This document shows positions 56,953 through 64,000 of a DNA stretch of 64,000 nucleotides, piece by piece. Both the position numbers and the translations under genes were made by a program. Numbering within the stretch: position 1 is the first letter of the stretch; each line of letters starts with the position of its first letter. This DNA comes from an uncultured virus (IMG/VR IMGVR_UViG_3300047274_000159). Lineage: Duplodnaviria > Heunggongvirae > Uroviricota > Caudoviricetes. The notes under the pieces are model-generated. The model was not told where the DNA came from. It saw only the letters and a program-made list of their open reading frames with translations, and did no database searches. Location of the stretch: positions 1 through 64,000 of the IMG/VR virus record IMGVR_UViG_3300047274_000159; one strand, given 5' to 3'.

Positions 56953-58578
56953 TTATTGCGGATCGAGGTCTAGTCTCCAATAACCTGAAGCGTATTCGCC
57001 TTCGAAGCTCTTATACCACTGTCCTTCGTTGCTCCAGCGATACTGTAGGCCAGTCTTGAGATTTTGGAATATCAACGTTATGGATTCAAAGTTTTCGCTG
57101 TCTGAAGGTATCACTGTGTTTTCACCGTCGGCGATATTGTTTTTTACCCTGTAGGCAACTCCGTCATAGATAATGATCTGGCCACTAGTATACTTTGTGG
57201 TGTTTGAAAACGGATACACACTCATGGACCAAACTGCTAATAGATCGATCCAAGCAGAGCCGTTCCACTCAATGATCGTATTAGCACGTATTACCGGATC
57301 CGAACCGTTGGTATTTTTCCAAGCATCTGGGCCGTCATAATTCCAGTTAGGATCGATATCCACAGGTCCGCCTACATTTTCGCTGTTGTTGACATCATCT
57401 AATACTAGGTATCTAGTACCTGCTGTGATAGGTTGATCAGTCAATTCTTTATTTGGTCTCTTAGGATTAAATTTATAAGGATCAACTATAGCATCAACTG
57501 TGGTTCTTCCCGACGGATATATCGAACTATACAACACAGTATTCGATGGTATGTCAGTGATACTGACCAACAAGTAAGTTGGATCTAATTCGTGTACTGT
57601 AAAAGTTCCACCTATTTCAGTACCGTCGACCTGTAGGAAGAAAATTTTACTGATTCCTGCTATGTATCCGCCGTAGTTATCTAGTACGACATTCCAATCT
57701 ACACGTTCGCCGGCTTTAACAGGGATATCAAGCCCTAGTGCGGATAATACTTCTCCCGGCGAAACGATACTGACATCATAGTCTGATGGTTCGCTGTTGG
57801 CGCTCTTTAATAACAATACCCTCCAATTGCCCTGTACGAATCTCTGTTGAGAATTGCTGTTATCACCGTCATAGATTAGATCATCAAGACCGAGAACGTC
57901 GCCTGTGTCTGAAAACACATTCATAACAAGATTACGAACAACGCCCAACTTCTTGACCTTGGCAGGAGGACTGATATAGATAGGCATTTCAAATTCTAAA
58001 GAACAGATGTCTATGTCTGACTCAGCACCCACCGGAATGGTTCTAGAACTGAAATTAGTACTGACGAGATTCAGCACACTAAGACTAGTCCAGTCGATAT
58101 AATTATCTGTGGTCTGTATTTCTAGGCTAGGATTAAACAACATCAGTATCTGTTCAACTATCTGCAACTTCTGATCTGTGTTAGACGTCCAGATATCAGC
58201 TTTCATTTTCAGCTTGAACGGAGTGGGCATCAACCGTTCGATGGTATAGCCGCCACCTTGTACATTTTGATATTGGATTTCACCGTCTACAGAATTCCAT
58301 GCTCGTTCGCGTATATTCAGCTTACTGACAAAACTAGCGTCCGCTAGCCTGGTGTTATCCATTTCTAATCCGGAGATATAGCAAGCTATCCTAGGTACAG
58401 TGGGCATCTTGTTCTCGGAATTTTCCTTGATAATAGCAGCGACCTGCCTGGTAAGATCTCCGTAGAGTACAGGAATGTGTCTTAGGGTATCATCGCCGGT
58501 CTTGTATTTGAAACCTATGAACACACGCATGAATTGTGTGACATAGCGTCTTATCTGCCCATCGTAAAAGAAATCCAT
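56953..58578 (-). CDS. gp15: Tail terminator / sheath stabiliser, T4 gp15-like, with long C-terminal extension
   Basis: FFYD.QIRRY..QF, IPV.YG, P.PF, QK.QI.EQIL..FNP motifs; adjacent to gp14 and gp13. Confidence 0.8.
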   Translation of the reverse strand: MDFFYDGQIRRYVTQFMRVFIGFKYKTGDDTLRHIPVLYGDLTRQVAAIIKENSENKMPTVPRIACYISGLEMDNTRLADASFVSKLNIRERAWNSVDGEIQYQNVQGGGYTIERLMPTPFKLKMKADIWTSNTDQKLQIVEQILMLFNPSLEIQTTDNYIDWTSLSVLNLVSTNFSSRTIPVGAESDIDICSLEFEMPIYISPPAKVKKLGVVRNLVMNVFSDTGDVLGLDDLIYDGDNSNSQQRFVQGNWRVLLLKSANSEPSDYDVSIVSPGEVLSALGLDIPVKAGERVDWNVVLDNYGGYIAGISKIFFLQVDGTEIGGTFTVHELDPTYLLVSITDIPSNTVLYSSIYPSGRTTVDAIVDPYKFNPKRPNKELTDQPITAGTRYLVLDDVNNSENVGGPVDIDPNWNYDGPDAWKNTNGSDPVIRANTIIEWNGSAWIDLLAVWSMSVYPFSNTTKYTSGQIIIYDGVAYRVKNNIADGENTVIPSDSENFESITLIFQNLKTGLQYRWSNEGQWYKSFEGEYASGYWRLDLDPQ

Positions 58579-59852
58579 TATTCGTCTGCCTTAGGTCTAA
58601 GAGCTTTTGACAAGCTCTGTTTTTCTTTGATCTGTTTACCATTTATGGTATTGACCTTGTCATTGTTTATGAAAGATGTTTTTTGTGTTAACCTTACATC
58701 GCGATCAAGGAATACATCGTTGGGTGAACCTCCTGCGACTACATCTTCATTGCCCATGTTGCTCATAGTCATTCTTGTTACATCCTCTACTTTTACCCAA
58801 CGTCTTCCGTTGTATCTAAATAATCTCTTTGGTAGATAGTCTGTTCTTAGATGATATTGACCGTCGGAGGGCAATAGCGGAAAACTTATACCAGCAGTGA
58901 AAGGTGCTCCGTTGGGAGGAATACCGTCTCCGTCGCCGATCATAGGTCCGTTGTATTCTGGACTTCTAAATATCGTAGACGATGTTGGTCCCACATATAC
59001 AGGATTGCCATTTTCGTCAGACAAAGGAACGCCATTCTCGTCGGTAGCTCGGGTCTGTACACTAGCATCTAGTTGAGTAGAATCTACAGTGACTAGCTCA
59101 GCACGACCTCGCTCGTCTGTCTGTAACATATAGTGCTTGGTAGTATCATAACCACTTCTAGGAGCATCTGTTTCTGCTTGATCAAGAACCGCAGCAGTGA
59201 TCTGCATTTCTTTTTCGTAGGTACTCATGATGTCTCTGAGAGTGGTTGTACCATCTTCTCCCGATTCATCAGCAAGTCCGTCGAGTATATCTTTGAATTC
59301 TTGACTATCTACCAGCGGTTTACATTTGGCACGATATAGATGTGGATACCATGTTACAGAAAAACCTTCTGCAGCACGAGTGACTTCTTCGATTACATAG
59401 AATCGTTTGAGAGCAAACTGTAGATCGTTGAGTGCATATTCATCTTTGAGATGCGGTAGCTCGATAACATCTCCTGAAATGATCTTTCGTCCAAGTTTTT
59501 CCACAGTATCGTTAATATGGAATGTGATAAAAATCGTATCGTTTTGTAGGAATAAACCAAACTGACTTAGATTAAAATCCGTATCTTGTATATTATACAC
59601 ACCACGAAGCACATAGACATCGGGATCATATTTTCGATCCCTGTTTTCTAGAAACAACAGATCTTGGATCTGTGTGACAGCAGTGTCTGTATAACTAGGA
59701 GTAGTTGGAGAGTTTTCTAGACTAGCTCCAGGTCCTAAATATTTGTGCAGTAGGCAATCAGTACCGCCCACTTGGAACATTTCCCAGGCAGTTTTATCGA
59801 TGAACTTGTAGTCGTTGCCCTTTTCCGGGCGATAAAGCGAAAGTCTTGGCAT
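58578..59852 (-). CDS. gp14: Neck protein, T4 gp14-like
   Basis: LSQFGLFL..D...ITF, GDVIELPH, FYVIEEV motifs; start reassigned to MPRLSLY (59852). Confidence 0.7.
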   Translation of the reverse strand: MPRLSLYRPEKGNDYKFIDKTAWEMFQVGGTDCLLHKYLGPGASLENSPTTPSYTDTAVTQIQDLLFLENRDRKYDPDVYVLRGVYNIQDTDFNLSQFGLFLQNDTIFITFHINDTVEKLGRKIISGDVIELPHLKDEYALNDLQFALKRFYVIEEVTRAAEGFSVTWYPHLYRAKCKPLVDSQEFKDILDGLADESGEDGTTTLRDIMSTYEKEMQITAAVLDQAETDAPRSGYDTTKHYMLQTDERGRAELVTVDSTQLDASVQTRATDENGVPLSDENGNPVYVGPTSSTIFRSPEYNGPMIGDGDGIPPNGAPFTAGISFPLLPSDGQYHLRTDYLPKRLFRYNGRRWVKVEDVTRMTMSNMGNEDVVAGGSPNDVFLDRDVRLTQKTSFINNDKVNTINGKQIKEKQSLSKALRPKADE

Positions 59853-59859
59853 AGTCATA

Positions 59860-59880
59860 TATTTACCGCAGCAATAAATA
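59860..59880. promoter_or_regulatory. Back-to-back divergent late promoters for gp14 (-) and gp13 (+)
   Basis: TAAATA at 59860-59865 (-) and 59875-59880 (+) within a 33-bp intergenic gap. Confidence 0.7.
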
Positions 59881-59885
59881 GTAGT

Positions 59886-60644
59886 ATGAGTACTAATGAT
59901 CAAGCCAGACAATCAGTCTACGATTACTGCAAAACCATGCTGGGCGACGGCATGATTGATGTAGAATTGGATCCTATCCATTATCAAACAGCCCTAGATA
60001 GATCTTTGGGTGTTTTCCGCCAACGCAGCGATAATGCTGTAGAGGAAAGCTACTGCTTTTTGATGTTGGAACAGGACAAAAATGAATATATTCTGCCCAA
60101 GGAAATCCAGCAGGTTCGACAGATCTTCCGTAGAAGCATAGGTTCTAGAACAGGTAACGGTACAGGTGGTACGGTGTTCGAACCCTTTAACCTAGCCTAT
60201 ACAAATACCTACTTGCTATCATCAACTAACATGGGCGGTTTGCTAACCTACGAACTATTCAGTCAATATCAGGAACTTGTGGGCAAGATGTTTGGTAGCT
60301 TTATCAATTTTACCTGGCAATCACAGAGCCGAAAACTCATGATACAACAGCGTCCTAGAGGCGAAGAAGAAGTTTTGTTATGGGTTTACAACACTAGGCC
60401 TGATTTTGCTATCATAGAAGACACCTATGCAGGACAGTGGATCAAAGATTACACGCTGGCCAACTGCAAGATGATGCTAGGTCAAGCTCGAGAAAAATTC
60501 GCACAGATCGCAGGTCCGGGCGGTGGCTCTAGTCTAAACGGTGCTGCTATGAAATCTGAAGCTACTGCTGACATAGAACGTCTAACCAAAGAATTGGAAA
60601 CCCTAGTGTCCGGCGGGTCTGGATATACATTCGTCATCGGTTGA
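59886..60644 (+). CDS. gp13: Neck protein, T4 gp13-like
   Basis: LG..MIDVELD, WIKDY.LA..K..LG..R.KF..I.GP.GG..LNG motifs; start reassigned to ATG 59886. Confidence 0.85.
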   Translation: MSTNDQARQSVYDYCKTMLGDGMIDVELDPIHYQTALDRSLGVFRQRSDNAVEESYCFLMLEQDKNEYILPKEIQQVRQIFRRSIGSRTGNGTGGTVFEPFNLAYTNTYLLSSTNMGGLLTYELFSQYQELVGKMFGSFINFTWQSQSRKLMIQQRPRGEEEVLLWVYNTRPDFAIIEDTYAGQWIKDYTLANCKMMLGQAREKFAQIAGPGGGSSLNGAAMKSEATADIERLTKELETLVSGGSGYTFVIG

Positions 60645-60670
60645 CATAGTTTTAATATCAATGTTATAAT
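60641..60670 (+). promoter_or_regulatory. Sigma70-type early promoter of dNMP kinase
   Basis: TTGACA(60641-60646)-N18-TATAAT(60665-60670) with extended -10 TG; SD GGAGG follows. Confidence 0.8.
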
Positions 60671-60690
60671 GTCTGTAATTGGAGGACATT

Positions 60691-61347
60691 ATGATCATAG
60701 GAATATGCGGATTTATTGGCAGCGGCAAAGATACTGTCGCTGACTATCTAGTTAACTTTCACGAATTTAGACGCGAGTCATTTGCCAGCACTCTCAAAGA
60801 TGCTGTAAGCGCGGTGTTTGGATGGGACCGAACGCTGTTAGAAGGGCGAACCAAGGAAGCCCGAGAGTGGCGAGAGCAAGTGGACCCGTGGTGGGCAGAG
60901 CGTCTTGACATGCCTACACTTACTCCTCGCTGGGTCTTACAATATTGGGGCACAGAAGTATGTCGTCGAGCGTTTCACGATGATATCTGGATCGCCAGCC
61001 TGGAAAACAAACTCCGTAACTCCAAAGACCATGTCGTGATTTCAGATTGTCGTTTTCCTAACGAAATCCAAAGTATTCGAAATGCTGGGGGTAAAATTAT
61101 CTGGGTAACTAGGGGAGATCTGCCCGAATGGTATCAATATGCTCTAGCAGCTAATCAGTTAGGCAGTAATCTAGCACTCAACGAACTTAAAATGCGTAAA
61201 ATCCATGCCAGCGAAACTGCTTGGGTAGGCACTGAGTTTGATCATGTCATAGAAAACGATTCTACTATAGATGCTCTCTATACACAGGTACGATCAATAG
61301 TCAGCGGTCAGGTCGCCCTGTCTCCAAGTGATACCTTCTTTGCCTAG
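60691..61347 (+). CDS. gp1: Deoxynucleoside monophosphate kinase, T4 gp1-like
   Basis: IIGICGFIGSGKDT, FA..LKD, TPR..LQ..GTE, DCRFPNE, H.SE motifs; start ATG 60691 after GGAGG. Confidence 0.9.
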   Translation: MIIGICGFIGSGKDTVADYLVNFHEFRRESFASTLKDAVSAVFGWDRTLLEGRTKEAREWREQVDPWWAERLDMPTLTPRWVLQYWGTEVCRRAFHDDIWIASLENKLRNSKDHVVISDCRFPNEIQSIRNAGGKIIWVTRGDLPEWYQYALAANQLGSNLALNELKMRKIHASETAWVGTEFDHVIENDSTIDALYTQVRSIVSGQVALSPSDTFFA

Positions 61348-61629
61348 GATCTGTGCGCAGTTACAGCATACGGTTTTGAGATTAGCAGGTCTACAGTTAT
61401 TAAGATCTCCGTCAACATGGAAAACTCTAAAGATTTCCTTGTGCGGACTTCGATAACCGCATTTATCGCAGATGCTTTTTATCTTATAGCCGTGTCTTAG
61501 CCAACGAGGGATTCCGTGATAAAGGCCGTTGGCCAAACATATTTCGCAGAGCCTACGATAGTAGGCTTTGTCGTTTTTATAATAATTAATGGCCCGGGGT
61601 CGTTGTCCGCACTTACAAAGAGGTCTCAT
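61294..61629 (-). CDS. Zn-finger HNH-like protein
   Basis: CKC...CEIC, CDKC, HVDGDLNN...NL..VCCNC; final His apparently absent; TAAATA at 61635-61640 (-). Confidence 0.7.
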   Translation of the reverse strand: MRPLCKCGQRPRAINYYKNDKAYYRRLCEICLANGLYHGIPRWLRHGYKIKSICDKCGYRSPHKEIFRVFHVDGDLNNCRPANLKTVCCNCAQILGKEGITWRQGDLTADY

Positions 61630-61733
61630 AGAAATATTTAAGCCTTTTCTGCCCCTTTTTCTTTTGGTATAACCGCCTGTTTTTGTAAACTACCGCTAAA
61701 TAATATGAGCAACTATTACCAGGAGAATAAGGT

Positions 61734-64000
61734 ATGGCACTAGTATCCCCAGGCGTACAAGTTACGGTAATCGACGAGAGTTTTTATACACCAGCTGAAC
61801 CTGGTACTACTCCGCTTATCGTAATAGCTACAGCTGAAAACAAATCTAACGCAGCAGGCACTGGAACTGCTGTTGGAACAACCGCGGCAAATGCCGGCAA
61901 AGTATTTAAGGTCACAAGTCAAAGAGAACTTGTTGATACCTATGGAGTACCTTTCTTTGAAAAGACAGCAAGTTCTACTCCAATCCACGGATCAGAAAGA
62001 AACGAATATGGTCTATTAGCAGCCTACAGCTTCTTAGGTGTTAGCAATGCTGCATTTATTTTACGTGCAGACGTAAACCTAGACGAATTAGAAGCACAAG
62101 CAACTGTCCCGGGAGCAGAACCAATCGACGGAACTTGGTGGGTAGACACACAGGCAACGACCTGGGGTATCCAGGAATGGAACGGTGCTGCTGCTACAAC
62201 CACAGGCGGCCAAAAATTTGCATTTAAAACTCCTATCGTCTTAACCGACACAGATGTTGCTAAAATTGAAAGTAACGCACCAAAAGGATCTGTAGGAGCT
62301 ATCGGAGACTACGCAGTAGTACTCGAAACAGTCAAAGGCGAAGATAACTTATCTTCTTTTAGTGCTAGCAAAGAACTAGCCAGGGTTTGGTTCAAGAGTC
62401 CAGGCGGTTCATATGCCAGCGGTTCTTTAGTAGATCCAGGACAATGGGTATTAGTAGGTTCCCCAGAATGGAAAGCCAGTTGGCCCGTGCTTACTGGTAC
62501 TGGAACAGCAACATTACCAGCAGGTAGCTTCACACTAAACGGAACATCTATCACTGTATCCGGCGGAACTTCGTATGCTACGCTCGCTGGCAACATCAAC
62601 AGCTTATGTGTTAACCAAGGTATCAGTGCAAAAGTTTCTTCCGCAGGATACCTACAGATTTTTGCAGATGGTACAGATTCTGCAACATCAGATTCATCAG
62701 CGATAAGCAGAGGTATTGTAACAGTAGGTGGTACTACTGGAGCTGGAACAGTCCTTAACGCTCTAGGTATCAGCACAGGCGATTACTATCCACCTTCACT
62801 ACAACAAACTCCGCACACACAAGTTCCTACATGGAAATCAAGTGGTGCTACACCTCGCCCAACAGGCTCTGTATGGGTTAAAACCACAGAACCTAATCTA
62901 GGGGCTCGTTGGAGAATCAAGCGTTGGAACTCTGCCACTAAGACCTGGCTCGAGATTTCAGCACCAATTTATTCAAGCACTCACTCTGCACTATATTATC
63001 TAGATCGTAGTGGTGGTGGCGTTAACCTAGGTTCAAATGCATTATTTGTTCAATCTAATGCCAACGAAGAAGTGGGACAAGAAGAAACTGCTTCATTTAG
63101 AGTTTGGAAGAGAAGAGCATCAGGTGCGACAGTGATCACTTCCGCAGCAGTTACATCAAGCACATTCGCAGCAGGTAACTATACATTTACACTTGCTGAA
63201 TCACTAGCCGGAGAAGCCGATCTAAGTGCATATTCGACAATCGAAATGACCGCAGCAAACGGTAATGCCTTAGCAGGTAATACTGCTGACGCAGAAAAGA
63301 TTGCCACTGCGATCAATGCTGCTGGTTTCGTACACATTGTCGCTGAAGTTACTTCGGACAATAAAGTACAGATCACACACAAAGCAGGTGGTGATATGAG
63401 ATTTGTAGACGGTACAGGTACACCGTTGAATAACATTTTCACAGCCTATAGTACCGATACTGGTAGCGGAACTGCTAACTTCTACAGCTTAGAAGCATTA
63501 GTAAACAGCGCAGTTGGTTACAGCGCAGCAACCAAGACCAACGAGTATCTAGCTTCAAACTGGGCACCATTGGCCACCGATGAATTGAGATTTGCAGCAG
63601 GCGGCGATGCTCCGTTGGCTGAGCCAGAAGATGGACAACTATGGTATAATCCAAACTTTGGCGAAGTTGACATCATGGTACATAACGGAGAGATTTGGGT
63701 AGGCTACAAGCACAGCTCATCTCCATATACCAATACAGATGCTAACGGCCCTATCGTAGCAGCCAGCATGCCAACAAAACAAAGTGATGGTACTACTAAC
63801 CTAGTAACAGGTGATCTATGGATCAGCACAGCTGACATGGAGAACTTCCCAACTATCTACAGATTCAATACAGATGCAGGTGCAACTGTAGCCGAAAGAT
63901 GGCAGTTGGTTGATAAGACTGATCAGACCACAGAAGAAGGTATCTTATTTGCAGATGCACGTTTTGGTATCAGCGGCGCTTCCGGTAACACAGAAGGATC
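61734..64000 (+). CDS. gp18: Tail sheath protein, T4 gp18-like, partial (runs off the right edge)
   Basis: Not in the ORF track; MALVSPGVQVTVIDESFY..., TSQRELV..YG.P.F, NEYGLLAAYS.LG; SD AGGAG and TAAATA 61697-61702. Confidence 0.9.
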   Translation, partial: MALVSPGVQVTVIDESFYTPAEPGTTPLIVIATAENKSNAAGTGTAVGTTAANAGKVFKVTSQRELVDTYGVPFFEKTASSTPIHGSERNEYGLLAAYSFLGVSNAAFILRADVNLDELEAQATVPGAEPIDGTWWVDTQATTWGIQEWNGAAATTTGGQKFAFKTPIVLTDTDVAKIESNAPKGSVGAIGDYAVVLETVKGEDNLSSFSASKELARVWFKSPGGSYASGSLVDPGQWVLVGSPEWKASWPVLTGTGTATLPAGSFTLNGTSITVSGGTSYATLAGNINSLCVNQGISAKVSSAGYLQIFADGTDSATSDSSAISRGIVTVGGTTGAGTVLNALGISTGDYYPPSLQQTPHTQVPTWKSSGATPRPTGSVWVKTTEPNLGARWRIKRWNSATKTWLEISAPIYSSTHSALYYLDRSGGGVNLGSNALFVQSNANEEVGQEETASFRVWKRRASGATVITSAAVTSSTFAAGNYTFTLAESLAGEADLSAYSTIEMTAANGNALAGNTADAEKIATAINAAGFVHIVAEVTSDNKVQITHKAGGDMRFVDGTGTPLNNIFTAYSTDTGSGTANFYSLEALVNSAVGYSAATKTNEYLASNWAPLATDELRFAAGGDAPLAEPEDGQLWYNPNFGEVDIMVHNGEIWVGYKHSSSPYTNTDANGPIVAASMPTKQSDGTTNLVTGDLWISTADMENFPTIYRFNTDAGATVAERWQLVDKTDQTTEEGILFADARFGISGASGNTEG

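Noticed and set aside
363..63442. Numerous short antisense or alternate-frame ORFs in the track (e.g. 2531-2905, 17513-17887, 50005-50334, 62309-62776)
   Set aside because: Shadow ORFs of long, motif-supported genes; no independent signals
1..64000. tRNA genes and stop-codon reassignment
   Set aside because: No cloverleaf with T-loop GTTCRA found in the few intergenic gaps; core genes are full-length under the standard code

Overview
This window is from a large T4-like (Tevenvirinae/Kyanoviridae-type) myophage genome that uses the standard genetic code. From left to right: baseplate genes on the minus strand (hub-like partial gene, gp53-like, gp48/54-like); late sigma factor gp55; gp47/gp46 recombination nuclease; a small basic Hc1-like protein; a stand-alone GIY-YIG nuclease followed by about 450 nt of highly structured non-coding sequence; two probable internal head proteins; a gp26-like gene joined to a downstream ORF by a probable -1 frameshift; a tape measure protein with a GH19 domain; the head module (gp20, gp21, gp22, gp23) with an inserted Maf/CstII-like glycosyltransferase; about 35 kb of tail-fibre/appendage genes (three giant proteins, small adaptor paralogs, three Cys-rich Gly-rich paralogs) interrupted by a glycosyltransferase-carbamoyltransferase pair; gp15, gp14, gp13, gp1 dNMP kinase, an HNH-like protein, and the start of tail sheath gp18. 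TAAATA late-promoter motifs recur, and several sit 4-7 nt before ATGs lacking a Shine-Dalgarno (SD) site. The strongest candidates for undescribed biology are the GIY-YIG + large structured RNA locus, phycobiliprotein-like CxRD repeats in the giant virion proteins, the gp26 frameshift, and the Cys-rich adhesin triplet with its neighbouring modification enzymes. All product calls come from motif recognition and gene context by eye; no database searches or folding programs were run.
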